From positions 2,209,373 through 2,273,372 of the forward strand of contig CAJINV010000009.1 of NCBI GenBank assembly GCA_905178155.1: 64,000 nt of DNA, in the 5' to 3' direction. The position numbers were made by a program, and so were the translations under genes. The DNA comes from Amoebophrya sp. A120 (taxonomy: Eukaryota > Protista > Dinoflagellata). Of the stretch, positions 26,901 to 37,986 are shown one piece after another. Numbering within the stretch: position 1 is the stretch's first letter; each line of letters begins with the position of its first letter. Under the pieces are notes generated by a model. It had not been told where the DNA came from. It worked only from the letters and a program-made list of their open reading frames with translations, and did not search any database.

Positions 26901-29743
26901 ATATTCTCCTCCAAGTCTAAGTCATCGAGGACCAACTCCACCGTTCGAGCGGTCGTCCGTCCCGCTGGGTGAAGGAGAAGACTGTCGCCGCACGCATTCA
27001 GGCAACTTCCTGCTTCGTTCTTCATGTGCCAACAAAGATTTTTACACAAGCGAAATATGCCCCCGCCCCCGGAAATCAGCAATTCTGGGGTGCTTAGGAG
27101 GCACCCCATCTGGTGCTTAGGAAGCACCCCATCTGCCCCTTTGATACCGCGGGGGCCCGAACTTCGAGCCCCAGGAGCAAGAAAGTAGACTCCTGGTCCT
27201 AGCCAGGCGGGCAAGTAACCTTGTTTGACCAGCGGGAACAAAATCTCCTGGCCCGCTCCAGTTGTTACCTCTCGACGACCAAGGGTAAAAATATTACGCA
27301 CGGCGCCGCGATGAACAAAAACGCAGTAAGCTGCGCGACCTCAAGCTCATGGGATGATGGCCATCTGCTCAGGGAGCAAAGATGATCCATGCCGGCGATG
27401 AGCCAACTTCACACCCTGAGCGCCGTGGTATCGTAGGCATGCGAGCGCTCAACTTGTGACATTTTGCAGCACACATGTTGGGTTTTTGCATGCAGACACC
27501 AAAAGGTGAGCGCTGCACTCGCCCGATGCGGCAAGTCCGCCGATCCGGGTGTCACATAGACACCCGATCTGCCGGGATCTGGCGCTTCAAAAGATCGCGG
27601 CTTTTCTAAAGGGAATCCGCATGCTACAGGCCCGATTCGGCGGCGACGAAGTCGGCTCCTTCTGCGCCGCCGGATTCCGGCAGATCGGGCGTCTATGTGA
27701 CACCCGGATCGGCGGACTTGCCGATCCATAATTGGGCTCGCCGGTCGAGCTTTTTCCATATTTCGTTTTTGTGCATGACCGCGCCAAAAGCTTGAAGCTT
27801 GCCCGCGAGCCAGCTTCGGACTAGGAGTTAACTTCTTGCCGAAGGCACGCAGAGTAAGTATAACGAAGGGCAGTAGAAATACTAGCGTCGGAATCGCAAC
27901 ACTATAGCTAAGTAACAAAATACAGGCCCCATAGTCACCATGGTCCGATCGACGTGGTTTGGGTGTATTTCTATGGCGATGGATGGAACCTGCGGTCTGG
28001 GGCAATAGAGACGCCCCGTTCCTCTTTTTCATTGAGCGCAGCTTGACTCTTCAGCAAAGCGTGAGATATTGACTCTAATAAAGCACGCAGCCCTGGTGCG
28101 ACGCGCTTAAGCACCAGATGGGGTGCTTCCTAAGCACCAGATGGGGTGCCTCCTAAGCACCCCAGAATTGCTCATTTCCGGGGGCGGGGGCATATTTCGC
28201 CTGTGCTGTAATTTTCCGCATCGGCATCCTCGGCCCTTTCGCTAATCGTTACGCTATCTTCATCTTGATTGTTCTTACCGTTGCAGTGGTGCTCCGCGGG
28301 CTGACCGACACACTTGGCAGAGGGAGAGGCAGCGGACGAGGCTGGACAAATGGCAGCATTTTTATGCGCCCAAAACTGCGGCTCTGGTTGTGAAGTCCCC
28401 TTGCGGTCCCGCAACTTAGTACATTCAACACGCTGACCCAGATCAGCAGGCGACGAAGCTGAAGCACGGAGACGTTGGTCTTCGTGATGTCCTAGTCGGT
28501 TTCCCGTTCCAAGACCAACAGTGCGACACTCCGTCTTGTCTTGTGCCGGGCTTCCACCGTGTGAGGGAGAGGACGCGCTTGTGGATGGAAGCGCTGAAGA
28601 CTTACTCGTAGCTGAGCAATCACCTTCTTCGTTCCAAGGATGTTGATGCGCGCCCCTCTTTTCATCGTTTTCGACGCCAGCGCAATCAGTATGACAGGTT
28701 GTCGGGGTTTTCTCATTGCCTGCGTTTCCACCGAGAAGAAGTAAGGCCTTCCGTTTGGCCAGGCTACAAGGCGCTATCTTTGGCTCCTGGACCGTAGCTA
28801 TATCGAATCCGGCGCCAAGAAGACGGCGATTTTTCACTGGAGGGCCAGCGGATTCAGAATTTCCTGGCTCATCGTCGTCCGCCCCCTCCGGCGCGCCACT
28901 CGGCCCTTCTGCAGGGGCACTGCCGGATGCACTTAGTACAACTGTGCCGTCGCACTGTATCTGCGGGCCTCTTTCCACAACGTGGTCTCCCTCCGCTACA
29001 GCAGCTGCTAGTACGCCGGCAACTCCAATGGAACCAGTGGCAGTGCTGGGTGTAGGAGTTACATTACTGCGCTTGCTTCCTCTCTGCACTCGGCCTCTGC
29101 TACTGCCTCCTATGTCCCTCCCGGAGGTCGCGGTCGAACTGCTGCCTCGCCGTAGCCGCGACGTCGGTCCCCCGCCCTCCGCAACTTGTCTAATACCCGC
29201 ACTCTGTCGCTCTTCACCAGTCAAAGAAGAACCAGCACCAGGACGACCCGCTGGAGTTGTACTAGCGACAACTGGTTGTAGTGAAGATTCCGCTACGAAT
29301 GCACCGCCTGCGAATGCACCGCCTGCGAATGCACTACGAAGTACCGCTCCTACGAATGCACCGCCTGCCGCAGATGCTTCATCTGCTTCCGGCTCTGGCT
29401 CCTCCGCCTGCTGTGTCCTCATTGCCATGCGATCGACAACGCCTGAACTTGTGTCCCTTTCTTCTCGCGCTACTCGCTCAAGCAGGGGCAGTTGGAGTTG
29501 TCCGATGTGCTCAGAACCATCCCCTAACGGCCCACCTGGTCTTTGCTGACGCTGATCGTCCCTCGCAGCGAAATCAAATCGCGACGGAGGAGCCGAATTC
29601 AATTTCAGCGCATTTGCAGCCGTCATCGAATACGACAAGACCCAGCTGGCGCAAGTTGCAAAGAGCGCCAACAAAGGAAGTCCTCTGGCGGGGAAGATCT
29701 TCTCCATTTTGGAACAATAAACCGGATGCATCATCAAACACAT
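23985..29743 (-). CDS. Hypothetical signal-peptide + internal TM protein, ~1,356 aa, 4 exons (29743-28211, 27037-26845, 26596-26549, 26281-23985); paralog of neighbouring 30883-37986 gene
   Basis: Three ORFs (523, 176, 765 aa) join into one 4,071-nt frame when three TIR elements are removed (DAEN|LCWHMK, DED|GPFHQRSPFGIERSHG|MRRRCC). N-terminal signal-like LPLLALFATCASWVLS and internal TM ISLGGCLVFAALATTFLG. Confidence 0.85.
26287..26548. mobile_element. Introner-like TIR element 3 (262 bp), same family as element 7
   Basis: Perfect 36-bp TIR tatcaaatgtaaaaatgtctgggtctggaagaatgc. TSD tcccg (26282-26286 / 26549-26553). Frame restored on removal; in-frame stop if retained. Confidence 0.95.
26602..26844. 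mobile_element. Introner-like TIR element 4 (243 bp)
   Basis: ~30-bp TIR tatccag(a/g)aaaaaacacccatcc(a/c)catcca with 2 mismatches. TSD catcc (26597-26601 / 26845-26849). Frame restored on removal; GA...AG possible in one register. Confidence 0.95.
27043..28210. mobile_element. Introner-like TIR element 5 (1,168 bp) with ~90-bp TIRs and an internal inverted repeat
   Basis: TIRs ~27043-27135 / ~28115-28210 contain a tandem 23-bp unit ggtgcttagga(g/a)gcaccccatct and a 3-nt indel near the tip. TSD atttt (27038-27042 / 28211-28215). Internal IR at 27529-27723. Frame restored on removal. Confidence 0.92.
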
Positions 29744-30882
29744 ATCTTCACAAAGAAATGGAATAAATATATGCTCCGTGCAGACAGAATGGGAGGCACA
29801 GACTAGCAGAAGAGAAATGTATTGTAGCGAAAGGACGAATCAAAATGATAATGAACTCACTGTCAACATACCTGCTCCCGAAATCTTCAGAAGCAAACAG
29901 ATGACGAGAAGGCAGCAACGACTACGTCGACTGGTACCTACTGCACGAAAATTATGTACTTACTTACATCATGTCCACGAAGTACACGACACCATTTAGA
30001 TTAAGCCTGAAATGTACATGGACAATTTGTATTTGCGCAGTCTTTTTCTTTGTTTTCAACGTACAGAAAAATGTTTATGTTTTAGTTTTTAGAGATCATA
30101 ACAAACTGAAACTACGTTGAAGTTGAACAAGCTACTAGCTGATGCTGAGTAGAAGGAGCCTACTCCAGCTGCTGCAAGCTTGACGTCATTCACTTTGTCA
30201 TCGTTACATCGTCGACGTCATTTTTGTCAAACTCAGCAACGAACTATCTCCACCTATGTATAACATGAGAAACTGCACATCCTGCGTTGTATATGCATCT
30301 TCATCGCCCTAGCCCGGGTCTACTTGTACATGAACATGACCATCAGCAACAATTCGGCTCTAGAAGTTGAAATGAGAAGCTCTTTGGCTCCTTCGGTGCC
30401 GGTTTCTTATATGAAAAATGCAAGCTCCTTCCTGTGCGAGAGGCGGCGTGTAGTGCTAAATATTCGTCCAATGATTGAAGGAACGAATCTTATCCTGTGC
30501 CTGTGCACAAGCTATTGCTATGTTGAGTCCGAAGCTCCCTTTTAGCTCCCGAAAAAAAAATGGAATAGCAAATTCTTGGAAAATGCTGCATGATGTTGAC
30601 TTATGACTTTTCATTTCAACATGAAGATGAGCATGAGGTCGACCTCATATCTAAAATTGTCAAAATCAACGAGGGTTGCCCCCGCTCCCGCTCCGCGCAG
30701 CCAAAAATAGATCACTGCGCTGAGTCAAAAACGAGACCTACGGCGATACACACAGATGATAGCGAAGTGTCATCTTCGGTAGAGTACTGGTGCTGCAGCT
30801 CCTAGGGTAGAGCACTAGATGTGTGCTGCCCGGAGCAAGTGTCGCCCAGGTCCTCCTCCTCCTCACTCCTCCAGGCGACAGC

Positions 30883-33800
30883 TTACAGTGAATCCTCAAA
30901 GAGGTCCGGCCGTGGATTCGTTCCATCGAGCTGATAGATGCTGCGAAGAACGGGAATCCCGAAGCCAGGCTTCGCTAATGTGGATTCCGGCAGCAGTCCG
31001 TGAAACACGAAATCGTTCCAGAGTTCTTTCCATCGGTTTAAATCTCCCTGCGCTTCCGCGCAAACGTCCAGAGGGTTTGCCGCTTCTAGATTGCTGGTGC
31101 CACCAAAAATTTGTTGCTGTTGAATAGACGGTGCCGGCGCAACATCTTCACTAATCCCGGTTCCTTGATGCGGCTTCAGCGGCAGATTCTGCAACGATAA
31201 AGAATTGAGCTTGTACATGCAGAGCTGTTCTGTTTCGAAGTCCCGCAGCATGCCGAGACTGGGCTGCATTTCAAGAAGCGGGCTCTTCTCTTCTTGCGCT
31301 CGCAACGGCGCCCTTTTAGCCCCTTCGAACTTCATTTCACCGGTGGTGAGGTTGTACTCGAACTCGTCGAGGTCTTCGTCAATGTAGATCAGCATCTCCG
31401 GATCCAGCAACTGTTCCAACACCGCTTTAGACACCAGGCGGAATTGCGGTTTCTGCTTCACCCGGAACAACTCTTGCTGCAAAAAGTAGCGGGGGATACC
31501 CTCATTTCTTTCGCGCTTTTCACCCTCGTGGTGCGTCGAAGAAGAACTACTCCCCAGCCTTGCGCCAGAGGCTGTTGCATGATTAACGCAGTGCTCATCA
31601 TGGTGCTGCAGCTGATCTTGGCCTTGATCCGGATTCTGTTCATCATCTCTACTCGCCCGAAATGACGCTTTTCCACCCTCTTCTCCAAAACTCGTGCGCA
31701 TCATATCAAAATCAGCGGCATGAAAGATCAGAAATTCAGCAGCCTCGGGGCTTTCGGGAACGAGCGAAGTGGTCGTGCTGGTTGTATTCATCATCATCCC
31801 GGGCGGACCGCTCCACCCCGCCTCGTCTCCGGTGCCACCAAGATCAAGCCCGTCCTCGTTCTTCGAGTCCTCATCTCCAGCTGCGGCTGCAGAAGTTCTT
31901 TCCTGTTCCGGTTTGATCTTTTTGTTCCGCGGCTTCTTAACAACTGCAAAAGTGTGGGTGTGCAGCATCTGTCGCTCCGTTGGATCGCACCACCACGTGT
32001 CCGCGTAAAACGAAACTTCGATCGCAAACGCGAGCAGCTGGGATTTTTCAGCCGCCTCGATGGCTTTTTTGTAGTCGGATGTGGTCCGGTAGCTCCTTGT
32101 GGTTGTGTCGGGTGCAGCAGAAGTACGAGTCTCGGAATCATCCACCCAATCAGATTCCTCGTCTCTTAGGTCCTGCTGGTCCCGCAACGCCTGTTTGTAG
32201 TGCGTCTTATCGAATATCCTGCGGCTCATCTTTTTACTGAAGAAAAGCTGGTCCACCAAAGAAGTTTTCGGGTTCTTTCTCAGCTCTTGCTCGCTCCTTT
32301 TCCACTTTGAGATTCCAGATACCAGGTTGGATTCAGATGATCCCGCACCACCCGTTTCTTCTTTCAACTCCTCATCTTCATCGTCTTCCGGTGAAAAATC
32401 TGGCACCACTTGCAGCCCCCCGTGCGCTCCGACTACTTCCATGCTGCGCGTCCCAATGAAAATGTTCTGTGACTGATTTGGGCGTGGAATCAAACCGAGA
32501 ACCGCCGCCGCCTCCTCAAACGCTTGTCGCGGCTCCAAGTACACCGGCAGGCTGAAGTAGCTGGCCACTTCCATCATCTTGTCCTGTCCGTGCGAGGAAC
32601 CCTCGGTATCACGATCTGCTTCTAGTGAGCCCTCTTGTTCCGGATCAGGGAAGACTCGCTGCTTCGCCATCCTCTGCATCCAACTAGCCGTGCCAGCTCG
32701 TTGAATGTAGTTTCTCTGTTGGGTAAGCACGAAGCCCGTCAAATCCACTTTCCAAATCTTTAAATCCTGCAGCGTTGGCACTGGAGGACTCTCCACAAGA
32801 AAAGGTCCCAACTTCGCCTCCCTCTCGGCGATCATCAGCGTGGCCACCATCTGCTGCGCTTGTTGTAGCTCCCACGCGAACAGGGCTACTGCAGCTTTGG
32901 AATCGTAAAGAAACGCTCTCGTCAGCTCTGACACAAGCAGTGGATACAAGCCGCTGACCTCCCGCGCAACTTCGTCTTTCAGATTTTTCACGCAATTTTG
33001 CCGCGAGCGCTCTTGAAGTACCTCCTCGCTTTTCGTAGGACTCTCCGACGCACGCGGCGGCGACGGCCCCTCCTTCGCCAATTTCAGCAGCGGCGTCGCT
33101 CTTTCAGCTTCGATCTGCATCCGCAGCTTGCTCGAGTTGGCGTCATCTGCAGCTCTCGCTTCTGTCCGCCGAGCAGATTCACAACCTTCCGCCGCCTCGT
33201 CCCATACGTCGAGAAAGGAAGGCGTCGACTGGTTCCACACTTGTGACGGTGTCTTGCCATCCTGCGCGAGACGGAGCAAAACTCGGTCCGCCCCGAAATT
33301 CGTCCCGAGAAACGATAGAACGAGATCAGGTTTGGGTGATGTATGCTGATGGGATTCATTTTTTTCATGCCCCAAAACACAATCTTCGAGGGGCCTCGAC
33401 GGCAAGTTGGAACTCTGCCGAATGCTCTTTCTGTCCAACAGCAGGCCTCGTCGCAGAGTCCAGTCCAACAACGATCGCCCCCCGTTTCCCCGGTTTACGA
33501 CTTTGCGCACACCCACAATTCTTGGCTCTGGAGCGCTACTAGCTCCATCACCATCTTCTCTAGACGTGGACGAAACAAGCTTCCGACGTTCATCTTCGGA
33601 ATGACCGCCGGCGTCGCGAAAAATGCTGCTGCTGAAGAGCCTGTCGAAAAATCTCTCCTCGGTCTGGCGGATCTCGCGTTTCTGCAACTCCCTTGCGCTG
33701 TCGACCATCTCTTTATCGCTTTGCTCTAGATGTTGGGCCGCGTCGACCTTGTTGCTCCCACTTTTGTTCTCCTCGCCAGTCAAATGATAATTCGGATTAC

Positions 33801-36800
33801 CGGCATCATTGCCTACTCCTGGTGATGCTGTTGATGTTATCCTTTGCCTGGCATCTTCTTCACTCCACTGCCGCGATTGATTCCGCACCGTTCGGTCCCG
33901 GTGCTCTCGAGGAAGTTCCTCGCTCTTCATGCCTTCCTCCCCATGCTGGTCCTTCTTGCTACTGCCACGAGAATCTCCGCTTGTTCCGACATCTTCAATC
34001 GCGTCCACCTCATTGTGAAGCCCCTCCGCGAGTGCCCGCAGATCTTCCCGCCTGCGCTGCTGCGCTTGAACCGTTAATCTAAACCTTTCCGCTTCGTCGT
34101 AGTACCGTCGGCGCTCCATGTCGGCAATCCGCTGGTTCTCGGGCAGCGGCGACACGGTGCCGGGCGGAAACACCCCATGCATCCCCTTCCCCATCTTCGC
34201 CGGCTTCAGGTGGACTTGCACCTTCCGCTTCAAGTTGTCCGGGTCCCGAATCCACCAGTCCACATCTTCTTCGCCGAACTGGATTTGGTCCAACACCGAC
34301 CACGCCGTCCTCACCTTCTCCAGCCACAAAGGTCGCAGCTCCGCCGTCCAATCGGTTTCCGGTAGCGGCGGAAAGGGGCCGCACTGCTGCTGCCGCCACG
34401 GTACGGAATCCAGAAAGTGCAGGTACGGTGCCTCGCTGGCTTCGCGGTACGCGTCGATGCGCTCCTGATCCCAGACCTCATGCGCCCGCTTTCGCATTTT
34501 TGCGTACCACTCAGCAGAGGCCCCTTGCTCGTCTCCCGAAGGTGTTGCGACAGAGGTGGTCCCCGGGCGATTGGGAGTCGAAGCGAGAGTTGTGCTAGAA
34601 GTAGAAGCAGCGGCGCGGCGCGCGCGCGTTGAAGTACTGCTAGATGATGGCGAAGAAGTGGTGGTGGACGACGCAGGAGCATCAGGCTTCACACTAGATG
34701 AGACTTCGGAAGAGTTCTTATGCATCACTTCGTTGAAATTCACCGAAGCCGTAAGCTCAGTGTCAAAGTGGTCACTTTCGGGTGGGAGCTGCTGCGGCCG
34801 GCGCTGCGCGGCTGGAGAAGTCCGCAGAAGTCTCCTAACCGACATTTCTTCTCCTGCCCCAAGCTGATCGTGTCCGGCCGAGGAGGCGGCGTTCTCTGCG
34901 CGGTCCTTCCCTACACGACTGGGTATTTTGGTTGTGGGAAATGTGGGGCTACGTAACGTCCTTGCCGCATCGCGTCGACCGCTTTCTTCAAATCCGTCTC
35001 CGCCACTACGAGCGGAAGATTCCTCGTCCGAATTCTCGAGCCGGACGCGCCTCTGCATGCTCCGCGCCGCCACTGTCGCAAAAAAGGACTGCAAATCAGA
35101 GATGGGGAAGAGTTCCTTCCAGAACGCACGGTACCGGGCTTCCTGCGGGTGCCGGATGTCGTTGGAAGAAGGCGGCGAGCCGGGAACGTCTAGCGCTAAA
35201 CTGCTGTAAAACACCGTCCATATCGGAGACGATTTCTCGTCTAGTCCCGCTGGTGCTTGGTGGGCCGCCGGACGACGTCCTCGCGGACCACGACGACTCC
35301 CAGGGCCACGAGGACCATCTCCTGATAACTCGCTTCCGCTTCCTGTTGTTTGCATGCTCTCGCTTCGATTCTCCGAGTTGTTGCGGTCTTGGTACGGAAC
35401 AACCTGTCCGACCTTGTCCGCTGGAGTAGCTGGTAACTGGTTTGAAAACAGAATGCCCAGGACCAAGGCAAGGTTTGCAAAACCAAGGGAAACGAGGCCG
35501 CATTTCTTCGTCGCACTCAGGCAGGTTGTGTGTTCGCGATTGTTGCCCGGGCTTGTTCCAGCCAGGGAGCGTGCTTCGGGTAGGGGTGGCTGTAGTGGCG
35601 CGTCCTCGCCATCGTGCAGCTGCAGCATACTTGAGTTATAATACACGGCGTCGAGTATTGCGCGTCGCTCCCCATTCTGCATCTGCTCAAAAGCCAACAT
35701 ACTTTCATCGTCACCTTCGCGAGGAGGCGTAGCTGCACTACTAGCACCACTGCCACCAGGGCGGCTCATGTGCCGGAGGTCCAAAAGAGCAGTCTCCACG
35801 TTCCCCTCGTGGTCTGCCAGCGCAGGTGAGTGTAGCTCCTGCGAAGCGGAAGATGAACTTCCCGCGGCGACGCGTGCGGAATCATCCATCATTCTTGTAC
35901 CCGGTATCGGTCGTGAATTGCCTCGTCTCGTCGGCTGCGGCCGAGGATTGTCGTCGTCCTGACTTACTTGTCCTCGTGATAGAAACGGTGATGACCTCGG
36001 TGGATCTACTTGCTCAGGAGTCTGTTCTGGAGAAACACGAAGCCGAGAAGCTTCTCGGTCAGGGGTGGTGGGCATGCCTCGGGGGGCGACAGCCCGAGCG
36101 TCTCGAGGTTGTTGCTCATCTGCAAGAAAACCATCAGTCCCAGTTTCCAAGTCAACGCCGCGAGTGGTCCGCCGGTGACGCTGTGCTCCCTGTCGACGGC
36201 CAAAATGAAACGGCGCCGATTGCACTCCTACTTCATCGGGAAGCACCTGCTCGTACACCTGTGTCTGTCCTTGAGATGCGTCCGGGCTTATGAGAAACGT
36301 CCAAAACCTGTCTATCCACCCGCCGACGCTGTATCGGTGATGTTGGTGTTCGTCATAGTTATACGGGGCACCATCATGTCCATCGTGCAGCTCATGCAAA
36401 TCGTATTCTAGAGGCGCCGCATTCCTGTTCATCACGGGATCGGGATTTTCACCCTCAACCTGTGGCGATACTTCTGCAGTAGAGGCCGCAGATTCTTGTG
36501 TCGTGGTTGCTCCTTCTACATCCTCCTCCACCACCCCGCCGTCCTCCTGCCCATGAAACACTTGGTCGTTGTCCTCCTCCTCGAGTTCTTCGCGTCGGCG
36601 CCGAAAGCTTGAGCCCGTCGTGTCCCCGCCGGCCGAAGTGGATGGATCTCTCAAACTATCCACGTGACGCAATTCAGCTGGATCTTCGCACTGCTCCCTG
36701 AGCGTCATAGACTGTAAAATAGATCCTTTCCGTCGGTCTCGGTGTTGGTCATCGTCGTGCCCCTCCTCGATGCCACCGGAGGTCCACGTTTGCTCACGTT

Positions 36801-37986
36801 CTCCGGATTCGCAACTCCGTGGAACAGAGTTCGCATGTGGCACTCTCCGTATGCCCAAACCTCTGCCTGCCACATCTTCAAGAGACGCAACTCGCGGGCC
36901 TGCATCTGCAGGTCGTGTCGCAACATGAACATCTTGCTCGACTGTTCCTGCTTTGCTCGTGATCGGAATTGCTGGAGTGGAAAGTAGCACATGCTCGTGC
37001 ACTGCACCACCGGAAATAGAATTAGAGCGCCCGGCTTCATTCCTCGTCAAGCCAGAAACCTCTTCTTGCAGTCGCACGACTTGCTCAGCTGCAGCACCGT
37101 GCGCCGCTGCGTGAATGAGCATCGGTCGTAGTTCCGGCAACGCTCCATCCGAGGCAGCTTCCCCAGAATACGTGTATGCTGGTCCGGACGCGGAGTAGAG
37201 CGTCGTCTCTTCCTGGCTTTTTACGGCCATGGCAGGAGTCGAAAGTTGACCTTCTTCTCCAAGTGGTCCAGGATAATGTTGCAAATAGAACGCGGCATCG
37301 GTTTCCGCACTTGCACCCGAAGGCCCGCCCCCCGTAAGCGATGAAGTTGTGTTTCTGGCATGTAGTACCAACTCTCGCAAGCGTTCCGCGATGGGGTCAG
37401 GCACGTCACGCATCTGGCCACTTGAGGAAGTCGTGGTGGAGGAGTTTTCGTTAACTACAGCCGGATCAACAACACCTCCACGCAAAGACGTCGCATCTTC
37501 AGCTGCGCTCCCTGCTCCTCCACTTCCCCCTGCACTCCCACTCGAGCCACCATACCTCGCTCCTTCGACTTCACGATCCTCTTCCTGAAGATCGGTTTCA
37601 TTTTTCGCCGGCCCAGAAGTACTAGAGAGGTCCACCTCACTAGCAGCTTCTTGGTCTTGCGACACGACAGGCGGAGGCGCGTAATCGTGCTCAAGTCCTC
37701 GCTGTGCTTCATCTTGTTGTTCCGCGCTTTCAGTGGCGGTCCGATATGTTCGCGACGCTGCATTTTCCACTTCATCCGACAGAGGCAACGGGGTGTCCAA
37801 TAGTCCAGTGCCGATTCGTTCCGTTTCGTCAACGAACGCGGCACCAGTGCTACGCTCCATTGAGCCCGCATACGTCGAAGTAGCACGCGGGTCTTCCCCG
37901 CTCGTGTGCGAAGCGGTAGAGGGATAAACTCCTGCCGCGGCTACTCCGCCTCTTGTCGCGGCTCCGAATACAAGAAAAAATTTCAT
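30883..37986 (-). CDS. Large hypothetical signal-peptide + internal TM protein (~2,367 aa), intronless, paralog of 23985-29743 gene
   Basis: Uninterrupted 7.1-kb ORF. MKFFLVFGAATRGGVAAAG signal-like N-terminus, internal TM CGLVSLGFANLALVLGILFS, and conserved blocks shared with the neighbour (FWKELFPISDLQSFF, PYLHFLDSVPW, PKPDLVLSFLGTNFG, LYPLL). Confidence 0.88.
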   Translation of the reverse strand: MKFFLVFGAATRGGVAAAGVYPSTASHTSGEDPRATSTYAGSMERSTGAAFVDETERIGTGLLDTPLPLSDEVENAASRTYRTATESAEQQDEAQRGLEHDYAPPPVVSQDQEAASEVDLSSTSGPAKNETDLQEEDREVEGARYGGSSGSAGGSGGAGSAAEDATSLRGGVVDPAVVNENSSTTTSSSGQMRDVPDPIAERLRELVLHARNTTSSLTGGGPSGASAETDAAFYLQHYPGPLGEEGQLSTPAMAVKSQEETTLYSASGPAYTYSGEAASDGALPELRPMLIHAAAHGAAAEQVVRLQEEVSGLTRNEAGRSNSISGGAVHEHVLLSTPAIPITSKAGTVEQDVHVATRPADAGPRVASLEDVAGRGLGIRRVPHANSVPRSCESGEREQTWTSGGIEEGHDDDQHRDRRKGSILQSMTLREQCEDPAELRHVDSLRDPSTSAGGDTTGSSFRRRREELEEEDNDQVFHGQEDGGVVEEDVEGATTTQESAASTAEVSPQVEGENPDPVMNRNAAPLEYDLHELHDGHDGAPYNYDEHQHHRYSVGGWIDRFWTFLISPDASQGQTQVYEQVLPDEVGVQSAPFHFGRRQGAQRHRRTTRGVDLETGTDGFLADEQQPRDARAVAPRGMPTTPDREASRLRVSPEQTPEQVDPPRSSPFLSRGQVSQDDDNPRPQPTRRGNSRPIPGTRMMDDSARVAAGSSSSASQELHSPALADHEGNVETALLDLRHMSRPGGSGASSAATPPREGDDESMLAFEQMQNGERRAILDAVYYNSSMLQLHDGEDAPLQPPLPEARSLAGTSPGNNREHTTCLSATKKCGLVSLGFANLALVLGILFSNQLPATPADKVGQVVPYQDRNNSENRSESMQTTGSGSELSGDGPRGPGSRRGPRGRRPAAHQAPAGLDEKSSPIWTVFYSSLALDVPGSPPSSNDIRHPQEARYRAFWKELFPISDLQSFFATVAARSMQRRVRLENSDEESSARSGGDGFEESGRRDAARTLRSPTFPTTKIPSRVGKDRAENAASSAGHDQLGAGEEMSVRRLLRTSPAAQRRPQQLPPESDHFDTELTASVNFNEVMHKNSSEVSSSVKPDAPASSTTTSSPSSSSTSTRARRAAASTSSTTLASTPNRPGTTSVATPSGDEQGASAEWYAKMRKRAHEVWDQERIDAYREASEAPYLHFLDSVPWRQQQCGPFPPLPETDWTAELRPLWLEKVRTAWSVLDQIQFGEEDVDWWIRDPDNLKRKVQVHLKPAKMGKGMHGVFPPGTVSPLPENQRIADMERRRYYDEAERFRLTVQAQQRRREDLRALAEGLHNEVDAIEDVGTSGDSRGSSKKDQHGEEGMKSEELPREHRDRTVRNQSRQWSEEDARQRITSTASPGVGNDAGNPNYHLTGEENKSGSNKVDAAQHLEQSDKEMVDSARELQKREIRQTEERFFDRLFSSSIFRDAGGHSEDERRKLVSSTSREDGDGASSAPEPRIVGVRKVVNRGNGGRSLLDWTLRRGLLLDRKSIRQSSNLPSRPLEDCVLGHEKNESHQHTSPKPDLVLSFLGTNFGADRVLLRLAQDGKTPSQVWNQSTPSFLDVWDEAAEGCESARRTEARAADDANSSKLRMQIEAERATPLLKLAKEGPSPPRASESPTKSEEVLQERSRQNCVKNLKDEVAREVSGLYPLLVSELTRAFLYDSKAAVALFAWELQQAQQMVATLMIAEREAKLGPFLVESPPVPTLQDLKIWKVDLTGFVLTQQRNYIQRAGTASWMQRMAKQRVFPDPEQEGSLEADRDTEGSSHGQDKMMEVASYFSLPVYLEPRQAFEEAAAVLGLIPRPNQSQNIFIGTRSMEVVGAHGGLQVVPDFSPEDDEDEELKEETGGAGSSESNLVSGISKWKRSEQELRKNPKTSLVDQLFFSKKMSRRIFDKTHYKQALRDQQDLRDEESDWVDDSETRTSAAPDTTTRSYRTTSDYKKAIEAAEKSQLLAFAIEVSFYADTWWCDPTERQMLHTHTFAVVKKPRNKKIKPEQERTSAAAAGDEDSKNEDGLDLGGTGDEAGWSGPPGMMMNTTSTTTSLVPESPEAAEFLIFHAADFDMMRTSFGEEGGKASFRASRDDEQNPDQGQDQLQHHDEHCVNHATASGARLGSSSSSTHHEGEKRERNEGIPRYFLQQELFRVKQKPQFRLVSKAVLEQLLDPEMLIYIDEDLDEFEYNLTTGEMKFEGAKRAPLRAQEEKSPLLEMQPSLGMLRDFETEQLCMYKLNSLSLQNLPLKPHQGTGISEDVAPAPSIQQQQIFGGTSNLEAANPLDVCAEAQGDLNRWKELWNDFVFHGLLPESTLAKPGFGIPVLRSIYQLDGTNPRPDLFEDSL

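Noticed and set aside
27409-28032. 207-aa ORF within element 5 as its transposase
   Set aside because: Short, no recognisable catalytic or DNA-binding motif, and it crosses the internal inverted repeat; the element looks non-autonomous.
29295-29370. 15-bp tandem repeat gaatgcaccgcctgc
   Set aside because: A simple coding repeat (AGGAF) within a low-complexity region; no TSD or TIR.
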